From the NCBI GenBank assembly GCA_964016885.1, contig OZ024741.1, positions 76,632,001 to 76,696,000 of the forward strand: a stretch of DNA of 64,000 bases, read 5' to 3'. Below, in pieces: positions 1 through 12,669 of the stretch. Numbering within the stretch: position 1 is the stretch's first letter; every line of letters begins with the position of its first letter. The position numbers and the translations under genes are program-made. The notes under the pieces were generated by a model. The model was not told the origin of the DNA and searched no databases. It worked only from the letters and a program-made list of their open reading frames with translations. The stretch comes from Eledone cirrhosa. Lineage: Eukaryota.

Positions 1-1
1 C

Positions 2-541
2 TTAGAATTTGCATCACCAGTCTGGAACCCCTATCTTGCTCAGGACATTGACCACCTGGAAACTGTTCAGAGACGTGCAACCAAGCGAATACCCTCCATC
101 AGGCATCTACCATATTCTGAGTGCCTTGCTTCCCTGGGCATGGATTCATTGAAGCTCCGACGCCTGGCAACTGACTTGGTAAACACCCACAAAATTGTTA
201 ACCATGTTGCCAACAACAACCCTGAGTACCTTTTCGATTTCCATGTGTCTAACACACATGGGCATGCCCACAAAGTAAGAAAACAGCACAGCTCCCATGA
301 CTTTCGGAAACATTTTTTCACGCTCAGAGTTGCTGAAGCATGGAACAAACTACCTGCATCAGTTGTTAGCTGTCGAGACACTGCATCCTTTAAGGCCTCC
401 ATGCTTCCCGAGATCCGCCAACAGAACAGCTAACACATACACACATGTACTTCCCTGACATTTGTGTATTATTCTATGTACTATATTGACAAGTTGTAGT
501 GCACCTGAGCACTTTACACAATAATTTCATTATTATTATTA
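2..541 (+). mobile_element. 3' end of a CR1-clade LINE (RT C-terminal region, 3' UTR, (ATT)n tail)
   Basis: Frame from 2 reads LEFASPVWNPYLAQDIDHLETVQRRATKRIP...RKHFFTLRVAEAWNKLP, stop at 433; ATT repeats near 529-541. Confidence 0.85.
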
Positions 542-760
542 TCCTGGTTTCATAAGGCATTAAATGACTGAGAATACAAGGTCCCCACACCATCCTGGTT
601 AGGACACCAGTCTATCACATGGTTAACCTCTAGCTGCTGCAGCTGGTACCCATTTCTTTTCAGTTGAGTTGGTTGGAGCAATTTGAAATAAAGTGACTTT
701 CTCAAGGATACTATCACCTTACATGAGCACAACATCCTAATTACTATGCCATATACCTTT

Positions 761-807
<47 letters not shown>

Positions 808-813
<6 letters not shown>

Positions 814-1145
814 CAGGAAAGAAGGTTTACATGGTTTGCTATACAAAAAAGTTTTTAATCACATAGCTTACATTTGTTTCACTGAACTGGTATGTCTAGA
901 GATCGCTATCCGCTTAATTTTGCGTTACTCGATCGCCAATACAGAATTATAACCAGTCAGATCTTCGGAGCATGCGAGAATGCTCCGAAGATCTGACTGG
1001 TTATAATTCTGTATTGGCGATCGAGTAACGCAAAATTAAGCGGATAGCGATCTCTAGACATACCAGTTCAGTGAAACAAATGTAAGCTATGTGATTAAAA
1101 ACTTTTTTGTATAGCAAACCATGTAAACCTTCTTTCCTGATTTAT
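808..1145. repeat. Perfect fold-back palindrome, 166-bp arms, 6-nt loop; likely an inverted Penelope-type pseudo-LTR
   Basis: 808-973 is the reverse complement of 980-1145; it starts at a (TA)n tract and the related sequence runs on to the next (TA)n near 1286. Confidence 0.92.
982..1087 (+). ncRNA. Type I hammerhead-ribozyme-like motif with long stem II (mirror copy on the minus strand in the left arm)
   Basis: gct-CCGAAGA-t-ctgactggt...accagttcag-t-GAAAC-aaat-GTA-agc; the core has U4->C. Confidence 0.55.
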
Positions 1146-1283
1146 TATTACTCCAAGTGTTTACAACATAGGAATTACGCCATACCCGCAGCATCACTAT
1201 GAAAACGCCTTGTTGAGTCAAACCAAGTCAAGCGTTAATATCATCCACTACCTGGAATACCATAACTGGACTTCACCTAATCC

Positions 1284-1321
<38 letters not shown>

Positions 1322-1789
1322 TAAAATAACAGATTAAAGTTTAAGCAAAGAATCGCTGCTTTCACCCTTAACGGGATCTCCTGAAACTAACAAAGTCAAT
1401 CTGTAAACGCAGAAGTGGATATTTCAAAAAACGTTGCAACCGGAGGAAGACAGGAAGACGATACTTTGGTTCGTGGAAACGTTCCCTGGCAAAGAACGGG
1501 AAAAAGCGAATATAATACGTCATTAATAGGAGCGGTGAAAAACAATTACACGCAAAGACAGAACCACGTTTATGGTATAAAAGAGGTCGTAGACTAATGT
1601 TCTCTTAGGTGGCTCATGGAGACGTTCTCTGGCAATGAACAGAAAAAATGGTGATAATACGTCATATGTGGAGCATGGAGAACCATATTTGCTCTACGGT
1701 TCTTATATATTTGATATATATTTATCCTTATCGAGCCCTCTTTGGATTTTAGTCTTCAAATTTATTATTATTACTATTATTATTATTAT

Positions 1790-1850
<61 letters not shown>

Positions 1851-1867
1851 TATACATACACACACAC

Positions 1868-1934
<67 letters not shown>

Positions 1935-2272
1935 TATACATACACACACACGTATATATATATATATATATATATATGGATGTTATGGAGATGGTGATGA
2001 TGGTGATGATGGTGTGTCTGTATGGAGAAAATGCATAAAAAAATTAATTCAAACAAATCAAGGGAAACTAAATTTATCTGCAAACATCATTTTCTTTCTT
2101 TTTTTATTTTTATTTATTTTGAACCATATATATATAGTTTTTTTTAAACTTTTTGTTGAGGTTTTGATTTTTTTAAATTATACATTTGTTTTACATTTTC
2201 ATTTTTTTCTTTTTTTGTTGTAAAGGACCTGGAAGGAAACACTGTTATGTAATTAATAAAATTTGATAGCAA

Positions 2273-2328
<56 letters not shown>

Positions 2329-2499
2329 CAAACAAACAACAAACAATTAATCAATCAGACAGACAGAATGAAGAACACAAGACCTGGAAAATAGTTACTT
2401 AAATATAGCCATGACATTAATTTCATTACTTTGGATAAAAGGGCAAAGTCAACACTTGTGAGGTTCGCGCTCAGAATAGTGCAAATAATAATGCAAAAA

Positions 2500-4960
2500 T
2501 GAATAAAATAATAATTTCTAACATAGGAACAAGACCAAAAATTTGAGGGTAGGTGTTTGTCAGCTAAATAAATCTTAGTACATGACTGGTACTTTATTTT
2601 ATTGACCTTCAAAGGATAAAAGGCAACATTGTCTTCAACTGGATTTGAAACATGACAACATATTCCAAGGAATTTTGTCTGATACTCTAAAGCCAAAATT
2701 TGGGTGAGAAGAACAACCAATTATATGGACCACAATGGAAGGATAAAAGGCAAAGTTGACCACAGCAGGAATTAAACACAAAATATAATTTAATTATGCA
2801 AGGTATTTTGTTCAAAGCTCTAAAGTATCTACTAGTTCAATAATAATATTAATAATTATTTCTACTTTGAGTACAAGTCCAGTAATTTGAAGGGGGGAGA
2901 GGAAAGTTGATTAAATCGACCCCAGTGTGTTACTGGTACTTCATTTTAATAATAATATTAATAATGATTTTTTATATAGGCACAAGGCCAGCAATTTGGG
3001 GGAGGGGAAAGTCGATTAAATCGACCCCAGTGAGTGACTGGTACTTTATTTTATCGACCCCATAAGGATGAAAGGCCCAGTTAACCATGGCAGGATTTGA
3101 ACTCAATTAATAAAGGGCCGTAACTCTATGCTGCAAAGCATGGCGTCCAACTCTCTACCGATACTGCCAATCCATCGCCCTATAATAATAATAATTTTAA
3201 AAATTACATTGTGAAATGGTCATGTAAGCAATTAAAAAACACACACATAAAACAGTTACATTCATTTTGACTATTAATCCAAAGCCTTAACAATTCTGCC
3301 TATTTGTCAATAAATGAAGTACCAGTCCAGTGGTAGGATCAATTCTTCCTCTATCTTTCTTTACCACTTTCTCTCATCATCTCTCTTTTTCTTTCTCTAG
3401 AAATCATGCCTGTGTTATGACCTGGAGAGGGATTGGCTCTACTAGGTTTAAAATATTCAAGGTATGACATATTTAAGGATGGGATCCTACACCTCCGTTT
3501 GGTGTTAAGATCCCTTTACCCTTGCCACTTCACTTTGTATATGATAAAGTGTAAAAAAAAAATAATGTTTTGTCACGCTTTTGTGACTTGGTCCCTGACA
3601 CAATTCCAATTCTAATATGATTCTTCCTTGGCAATGTAACTACATCAGTTTCAACACACTGATCGAAGTTAGTGTGTCTTCTCAAACAAGAACAACTGTG
3701 GAACAATAATGATTTATTTATCTATTTTTATCTATTTATTTATTATTTCTATAATAATAATAATAATAATGTTTCTACTTTTGGCACAAGGCCAGCAATT
3801 ACCCCAGTGCATTATTGGTGCTTTATTTTATCGACCTCGTAAGGATGAAAAGCAAGGTTAACCTCGGCGGATTTGAACTCAGAACATAAAGGGTCATAAC
3901 TCTATGCTGCAAAGTCTGATGTTCTACCGATACAACCAAACCAGTTTCTGATTCAGGCACAAGGCCAACAATTTTTTTGGGGGAATGGGAAAGTTGATTA
4001 AATCGACCCCAGTGTATTACTGGTGCTTTATTTTATTGACCCTGTAAGGATGAAAGGCAAAGCTCACGTCAGCGGGATTTGAACCCAGGACATAAAGGGC
4101 CATGATTCTATGCCGCAAAGCATGGTGTCTGACGCTCTACTGATACTGCAATAATAATTGTTTCTACTTTAGGCACAAGGCCAGCAATTACCCAGTGCAT
4201 TACTGGTACTTTATTTTATCGACCCCGTAAGGATGAAAGGCAAAGTCAACCTCGGCGGGATTTGAACTCAGATCGTAAAGGGACGTAACTATGCTGGAAA
4301 GCATGGCATCCGACCCTCTACCGATACTGCCAATCCACCGATACTGCAATAATAATGATTTTGTGCAAGTTTCTCTCCAAAATAATACATACAAATATAT
4401 ATATGCACCCAAACATATACACACACTCACAGGCTGTAAACTGAAATTTCTGGATTATTTTAGCAATTTTATAACTACATGGTATATCACCTCTTAACAT
4501 TGATGAGCTTGCTGTCTCTTGACATTTCTAGTTGAGACATGGGAGCAGCTCGTACAAACAAAACAAAGGCAAAACTTAACAACTGCAATAATATTAATAA
4601 TAAAGATTTCTAATATAGGCACAAGGCTAGTAATTTGGAGGGAGGGGAAAGTCGATTAAATTGACCCCAGTGCATGATTGGTACTTTATTTTATCGACCC
4701 CGTAAGGATGAAAGGCAAAGTTAACCTCAGCAGGATTTGAACTCAGACCGTAACTCTATGCTGCAAAGCATGGTGTCCGACTCTCTACCGATACTGCCAA
4801 TCAATAATAATAATTTAAAGCCACAACAATAATAATCGTTTCTAACATAAGCACAAGGTCAGAATATTGAGGGAGGGGATAGTCAATTAAATCAACCACA
4901 GGACATGACTGGTACTATATTTCAGCAATCCCAGAAGGATGAAAAGTAAAGTTTAATTTC
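2500..4960 (-). mobile_element. Cluster of about 9 full or partial copies of a tRNA-derived SINE (Nin/Deu-like central domain)
   Basis: Repeated unit; the minus strand has A box TGGCAGTATCGGT, B box GAGTTCAAATCC, the block GCCTTTCATCCTTACGGGGTCGATAAAATAAAGTACCAG and an (ATT)n tail. Confidence 0.88.
3401..3461 (+). CDS. Candidate internal exon of an unidentified plus-strand gene (NHACVMTWRGIGSTRFKIFK)
   Basis: Long polypyrimidine tract plus ctctag, donor AAG|gtatga; only one frame is open (phase 2-0). No family recognised. Confidence 0.4.
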
Positions 4961-5268
4961 ATGAGAATAACAACAACAATAGTAACAAAAATAAAATTAG
5001 GTACATTCCACAAAATTACCATATAATTGCAAGGATCTGTAAATATTTTACAGTGAATTCTCCCATAATAATTGTTAACCTTGAACATATTTATATATGT
5101 TTTCCAAGATACACTGAATTATTTTTTGAAGAAAGGAAACTCTTGACATATTTCTTTAACCACCAATAACAAAAGTAATAATTTCTCACAATGACACAAA
5201 ACCCACATATGTGTGTAAGTATATATACATATATGCTATTGTTACATAATTTTTCAGGAAAGAATATT

Positions 5269-5352
5269 CTTGCCTGAAAGATAAGCAACACTACCATGTA
5301 CAGAGTCTCAATGACCTTTGCTAGAGTAGGCTTTGAAACCTTAGGTAGCAAG
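5269..5352 (+). ncRNA. Type I hammerhead-ribozyme-like motif with long stem II
   Basis: Stem I cttgc/gcaag, core CTGAAAGA (one extra A), stem II aagc..ctac/gtag..gctt, GAAA, stem III acc-tta-ggt, GTA cleavage triplet. Confidence 0.6.
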
Positions 5353-5459
5353 CAACTGTGTTGAGAAATTATTTATAGTTATATTTTGGCTCTGTATTTA
5401 ATATATATATTTTTCCTTTATTCTACAGAAACCCATGACACTACCCTACATTACACCGG

Positions 5460-5557
<98 letters not shown>

Positions 5558-6284
5558 TATGTGTATATATCTAGGATGTCTGTCTGTACATATATATATA
5601 TATATAGTCTGAGACTATGGTAGATGACATTTGCCCAAGATGCTGTACAATGGGATTGAACCTGTTACCATGTGATTGTAAGACCTATTTCTTAACCACA
5701 CAACTCTACCTTTGCTTTTTATTCTCTTGGTAATTAATAAAACAAGTCCTAATAATATACTAGGGTATGTTTAATCCACAGTATACCCCCTTCAAACTTT
5801 CTGTTCATTAACTGACATTAGAAATAAGTATTTAAAAAGAACAGTAGATTGGAAGAATTTAGTAGAGTACCAGATAAATATGCTTTCTGATATTTAGTTG
5901 TTACCCTTTACATTCACAGTTTGAATCCAGTCGACTTTGCCTTTTATTCTTCTGGGAGGGTCAATTAACTGGGTACCAGCCAAGTACTGTTCCCTTAATA
6001 CAAAAAATTGACACACCCAGCCTTTATTAGAAATCAATATTAAAGATTAAAGAAAAAAATGAAGAAATACTAACAGTAACAATAACTAAATATGACAACA
6101 AACAAGATGATAATGATACCATTGTATGAAATAAATGTAGAAATTGTAAAATTCATGAGCAAGTGAACATGGGATATGAAAAGAAAAAGAAAAACAAGAA
6201 GAAGAAAAAATAACAGAAAATAGCCATGATTATTGAGGAGGTTTAGAACTGAAAATAGGCATGATTGATTATAGGATGGCTTCA

Positions 6285-6790
6285 TTACTGAAAAATAGCT
6301 ATGACCATAGGATACTTTTATAACTGGAAAATAGTTATGACCATAAAATCATTTTATTACTGGAAAATAGCCATGACATAAGGGTAGTTTTATTACTGGA
6401 AAATAGCCATGAGATAAGGGTTATTTTATTACTGGAAAATAGTCATGGCATAAGGGTTATTTTATTACTGGCAAATAGCCATAACATAAGGGTCATTTTA
6501 TTACTGGAAAATAGCCATGCCATAAGGGTTATTTTATTACTGGAAAATAGCCATGACATAAGGGTAATTTTATTACTGGAAAATAGCTATGACATAAGGG
6601 TCATTTTATTACTGGAAAATAGCTATGACATAAGGGTCATTTTATTTCTGGAAAATAGCCATGACATAAGAGTAGTTTTATAGCAAAGTACAAATATAAC
6701 AATAGGTAGTTGTTTTCAGTAGAAAATAGCCATGACAATACAGTATGTAGCTTTACAGTAGAAAATAGCCATGACAATAGGGTTGATTTT
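6285..6790. repeat. 36-bp minisatellite (ttttattactggaaaatagccatgacataagggtNa), about 11-13 copies with degenerate ends
   Basis: ctggaaaatag recurs every 36 nt (e.g. 6360, 6540). Confidence 0.9.
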
Positions 6791-7784
6791 ACAACAATAA
6801 CAACAACATATTTTTAATTTGTAGTCACTACAAAATGACAATTTTGATATATTGAGTTTCAAATTATTTATCCAAATTAGGAAGCATTGAAGATAAAAAT
6901 TGTTTCTTTTTTATTCGTTTTTTTAAAATCATTATTATTATTATTATTGTTAGTATTACAGGCACAAGTTTGTTTCTCCCCCACCCTTTTATTTTACAAT
7001 AATGATTAAAAAAATTGTTCCTAGTAAAATACAATGATAGGAAATTAAAAAGATTGTTTTAAAAAAATGGTTTACAAATTTTAAGGCTTTAAGAAGAATT
7101 ACTGTACCAAGGCATTCCAAACTTTTGAAAAAGAAAAGAAAAAAACAGCCTTGTATTTGGTATACGAGATAAAATGCCCACATATATATATATATATATT
7201 TTTTATACATAGCTCAGATGGACAAAATTATCTTGACAAAATGCCAAAAAGTCCTTTGACCACATTGATATAACATACTAGACAAACCAGCCAGAGAGAG
7301 AGAAAGAGAATCAGTATATGTTTTTGTTTTCTTCGACTATTAGAAATAGAAGCCAAATTTCCATTGAATCACACTCTAACACCTTAAAAATATAAGAATA
7401 CATGGAATAATGTAATCCAGTATACACTGTGCTTAGAAAGAAAGAGAAGACAGATGGTTATGGCAGGAATGTCTGTCTGCTCAACCAGGACCAACTTAGA
7501 GCTAAACTCACACCAATTTGTATTATTGTATTTTTTTGTAGAATACAATTTTACTGGGTGTTTAGAAAGCCAAACAAAATCCCATAAACTATTTTAATTT
7601 AAACAAATCGTTATCATAAATAATATTTACAATGTGTTTTGCTTTTCAATTAGAAACAAGAAATAAGGCAAAAATGTTCATATGAACTACCCCAAGAAAA
7701 ACAAGCCAAAACTTAAATATATAAAAGAGTATTTAAATCAGCTGAAGTTATGTACACCTTACCATATATTTTATATATATATAT

Positions 7785-8393
7785 ATATGAATGAAAATAG
7801 ACCGAGAAACAGGAATGTTCATCCTCAGTAGTCTGCTGATTATCATTGGTATTTCTTCGCATTAAAGGCTAGATACCTAAAATCAGTGCGAGCAATAACT
7901 AAATAAAGTTATCAGGACAGAGCGAATTGGAAGAGGAAAGTGAACAAACAACATGGTAGTAATGCAACGTAAAGAGAGGAAAAGAGAGACAAGTCAATGA
8001 ATCTTGTGGGCTTAAGTCCGACAAATCAAATGACGAGAAGAGGCAGACACGTCCGAGCCACGTGAAAAGTGAGAGAGAAAAGAATTTCACACATTCTTTT
8101 CTCTCTCACTTTTCACATGGCTCGGACGTGTCTGCCTCTTCTCGTCATTTGATTTGTCGGACTTAAGCCCACAAGATTCATTGACTTGTCTCTCTTTTCC
8201 TCTCTTTACGTTGCATTACTACCATGTTGTTTGTTCACTTTCCTCTTCCAATTCGCTCTGTCCTGATAACTTTATTTAGTTATTGCTCGCACTGATTTTA
8301 GGTATCTAGCCTTTAATGCGAAGAAATACCAATGATAATCAGCCGACTACTGATGATGGACATTCCTGTTTCTTGGTCTATTTTCATTCATAT
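7785..8393. repeat. Near-perfect fold-back palindrome, 301-bp arms, 7-nt loop
   Basis: 7785-8085 is the reverse complement of 8093-8393 with about 5 mismatches; flanked by (TA)n tracts. Confidence 0.92.
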
Positions 8394-8434
8394 GTTCACA
8401 TTCACAACAACGCAGCACGCCATTTTTTCATTCA

Positions 8435-8488
<54 letters not shown>

Positions 8489-8574
8489 TATAGATATACA
8501 TATATATATATACACACACACACACATATATATGTATATATAATAGCTAATACAGGACTAGAACTGTTTTATTC

Positions 8575-8634
8575 AAATGGCTTTCCTGATGATTTCCTTT
8601 GAATGAAACAGTTCTAGTCTTGTAGAAGCCATTT
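8575..8634 (+). ncRNA. Type I hammerhead ribozyme motif
   Basis: Stem I aaatggctttc/gaagccattt, canonical CTGATGA (8586-8592), stem II ttc-cttt-gaa, GAAAC, GTA triplet at 8622-8624. Confidence 0.72.
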
Positions 8635-9589
8635 CTATATTAAATATTGTATATACTCTACTATGTATTGAGTATCTTAATGATTTGTATTCACGTTTGC
8701 CACTGTCCATCTCTATTTGGGGGTGGAGTTATAACTTGATTGATAGGTGGGGAAATATATTGGAGAAATGGAAGAAGGTAACAACAAAACCAAAGTAAAA
8801 ATTTAAATCAGAATAATAAAAATAGATGTTGAACATTCAATAGAATTAATAAAGGTAAGGATAAAACAGTCATAGAGTTGGTGTGGTTAAAATTCTTTTT
8901 GTAGAAACAATCACTAATCAAGATTGTATTTTATGGGTTGGGAGCTTGAGATATCATGACGGCAAATGTATTTGTGCCTCTATCTTAACTGGCTAGTGTA
9001 TATGCCTATGTCTTTGTTCTAAGATGTGGATCTAAGTATGTTGCCAAAAAAAGATTATATGGAAATGCATGTTTTCTTGGGGTTGTATTTGTGTGTGTGT
9101 GTGGAGTGTGTGTCTAATTTGCATAATAGTGTTTCTCTTTTTGGAAGAATATTCGTAACATAAGGTAAGTTTCTGTATGGATTATTACATTTGTATTATG
9201 GGTGTATGGCATATGCATTTAGTGGTGTGTTGTTTCATTTGCTAATGTTGAAAGGTGTAAGTATTAGTGTCTAGGTCTGTGGTATCAGCATATTTATCAC
9301 AATGTATACATTACTCTAAAAGCAATTTTTGGGCATTCTAATTGGTGTATTACAGTATGTGGGGATGTATAAGTTCTATAAGGTATGTAAAGGTGGTAGT
9401 AGTGGGGGTTGCTTTCACTTAGGTACCATGCGTGATGTTGGGTATGTATTTAACATGACATGTGTTTAATTTATATAGGCTATGGGTTTTAGGTAGGTTT
9501 TTGGTATGTTGTGCTTGCGAGCATAATAGTTACAAAGTTTCTTACCCTCTGAGACCATGTAAGAATTGTATGTGGTTACGGTATGATTT

Positions 9590-9800
9590 GTATATCCAGT
9601 GTCTACATGTAACAAATTGGGAATTTTTACTTAGGTTCATTGGTGAGCAAAATATTTATGGCTTTTTCAAAGCAAAGGTTGCATGGATGGTGTCCATCAA
9701 TGTAAGGTTTAGTCTTAGTGAAGATATTCTATTACAACTTGAAAGATGTATTTTTCACACAATGTAGTTCAAACGTGGTGCTGTGCTTTTAAGGGCTAGG
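9590..9800 (-). mobile_element. Degenerate Penelope-like element, C-terminal part of the GIY-YIG region
   Basis: Minus strand reads ...TKPYIDGHHPCNLCFEKAINIL...SQFVTCRH, resembling the KPY..CNLC..EK..IL...CRH signature; frameshifted. Confidence 0.65.
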
Positions 9801-9827
9801 TTATGAAAGGTGTGTTTTATATATATC

Positions 9828-9879
<52 letters not shown>

Positions 9880-9924
9880 CATATATACACATTTATATAT
9901 GTGTATATATGTATATTTGTACAT

Positions 9925-9997
<73 letters not shown>

Positions 9998-10074
9998 TGT
10001 TTTATAAGTTTGTGTAATAAATACAAAACTAAGTAAAAGACCTATATTATTTACTGAGTCAAAAAAATATAAAA

Positions 10075-10535
10075 ATATTAAAAGTGACTGTTTACTTTAA
10101 AGTTTTGCCAAGATTACTGGATTTTCCAACAATACTAGTGAAATGAAACTTTCCCTATATATAGCAGTAATTAAGTTGAAGTAAGAGGTAGTGAGTAGAT
10201 GTAGTAAACACTAATACAAAGTGTGGGAGAGATTTTATGATGTAGGAAGGGCTAAAGTAAAAGTGAGGCTAACAAGCAAAAAAGAAATTGGTGTGAAAAG
10301 TATTAGCCCATGGTAAATAATTACTACACCTATTTCTTCTATGCCCAACTTCTCTTTAGCTTGAACTATAACATAACATTCCTCCTTCACCCCTTTATGT
10401 CGGTGTTTACAAGAGCTACCTACAACCTCTTACTTAAACACCCATTTACTGCTATATACAGGAAAAGTTTCATATCACTATGTTTTGAAGTTTGTTTCAG
10501 TGAAACTTCAAAGTAAACACTTACTATTAATAATA
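10075..10535. mobile_element. Old diverged fold-back / MITE-like palindrome centred near 10310
   Basis: Collinear inverted blocks: gtttactttaaag/cttcaaagtaaac, tagtgaaatgaaactttccctatatatagcagtaa/ttactgctatatacaggaaaagtttcatatcacta, aagtaagagg/cctcttactt, aagaaattggtgt/acacctatttctt. Confidence 0.7.
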
Positions 10536-11707
10536 TTATATCCACACACATATAAAGATATATTCTGAGATACTAACAGTTAACTAACATGGCTATGAAC
10601 ATAGTACAGTGAATAGTAACACGATGCAGTGGTTCCTACTTACAGCTAGGTAGAAAGGGGTATTGAGCATCAAGTGTCTTTGTTATGGTTAAAGGCAGTA
10701 CTTATCTACAGCTAGGTAGATTTGGCTAGCAACAGTTAAGCATGTTTATAATTGATAATACATAGATTTAAAATCAATGCAGATGTTACCAGTTGCAAAA
10801 GAATGGCAGCATGCTGCTGCTCTTTTGACTTAAGAAATGATTGAAATTTAGGAAAATACATATATTCATCTTCAAAAATAATGGTAGATAAAAGAAAATA
10901 TTTGCTTAATCCCAACATTTCCAAGGATGTTACACACTGTACTCTGATGAGCAGCAATCTGTTATAGATCAAAGTGAGCACCAATTTTAATTATTTTTGT
11001 AATAAAAGGCATGTATAAAGTCATTGTTAGATTCAGACAGCTAACTTTTCACTTGTAAGGTCTCATACAAATTCCTACAGGAAACAAAAACATAGACAGG
11101 AAAGTGACACGTGAATCCAAAGATGAAATCTCCAGTGGCATGAGTAAGAGCGAGTAACAAATAATCAAATACACAGACACAAAGCTAGTTGCTCTTAACA
11201 GCTTTTTGGGTATATAAAAGTTTGAATAACCATTTAAAACACACATACATTTACATTCACCTTATAGTATTTTTTGCCAGTATTAAAGTGTTGACATGTT
11301 TTGTTATATGTCTATGGCCTGATCATGATTCCACTACATTGTTGAAAAAGATGTTGCCTGAAGGATTGCACATAGTGAGAAACTTTGTGTAATGATGGCG
11401 CAAATCATCAGCTTTGAACAAATATATATCATGAACATCATAGTTTTATGGCTGATTTTTTATGCTGGCATGGGTGTGAGGGAAACTATTTTTCTTGAGT
11501 GGGTTTTTCTATGGCCAAATGCATTTCCTAATGTCAATTTTTAATTTTATTATATACCATTCACATCTTTGATGATTGCTATGCTGTGGGACATATATAT
11601 GCAGAACATAGACATACATACACACACATGTATATTATATATATATATATATATAATATGAAACCCATGCAAGCGTGGAACACGGACGCTAAACCTGATG
11701 ATGATGA

Positions 11708-11753
<46 letters not shown>

Positions 11754-12669
11754 GTATGTATGTATTACGCATTGGAACCTGAAACCACTTTGATGCAAAG
11801 TGAATTTCTTCACCATACACATGTGTGTGAGTCCACTGACTGGAACCAATAAAATAATAAAAGTATATATATATATATACACACAATGAGTTAAAGACTT
11901 TGTTGATATGTAATCAACTGAGTTATATTCATAACAGATACGAAGCACTCAACAGTTAAAATTTATTTGGAGTATTATGATAATATAGTAATAAACGAAA
12001 GATATAATAGAGATGCTATATATATATATATATATATATATCCACTTCTCAAGTTTTCTTCAAGCAGTGAGCAAAATACAGAATTTGTAGATATTAATAC
12101 ATGAAATGTTCAATGGGTGTGAGGAGGAGAGGGGTTGATTTATTTATGAGTTTAAAACCACATGGAATTTAAATTCAGAGTGCAAAGAGACATAATCAAC
12201 TAATATCAAGGTACTTAGAATGATGCTCTAACAATTCTGCCATGTATGTGTAACATGTGAATGACACTAAATGAGAGACAGAGAGAAGTCAGTGTAGAGT
12301 TTTATAATATATTATATACACCCAAATGAAGACTGAGGCGCAAGAACATCACATGGCTTAATATCATATACGACTTTACAAGGAATCATTTAACTTTATA
12401 AGATGTCACATAACTTTACATTACATTATAAGGTATTATATGACCTTACATCACATCACAATGACATCAGTCATTCACATATCTACAGGGGGGGGGGGGG
12501 GGGGGGCAAATTCTGCCTTTGATGCTTGGAAAGAGGTTTATAGTGGTAGGGTTGAAGGTTATAGTTGATTGAATCAACTTTAAAATATGACTGGTACCTA
12601 TTTTATTTGGCTTAGAGTCACGAAAAGTAAAAATCAACTGCAGTGGGATTTGAACTCAAAAAGCAGGAC

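Noticed and set aside
550-2335. Many YIYIYI-type ORFs here and throughout the window
   Set aside because: (TA)n/(CA)n microsatellite artefacts.
6285-6790. 36-bp repeat array resembling a CRISPR array in unit length
   Set aside because: Units are contiguous with no unique spacers, there are no cas genes and the context is eukaryotic: a minisatellite.
11350-11400. ctgaagga...gaaac...gta hammerhead-like string
   Set aside because: No stem I complementarity.
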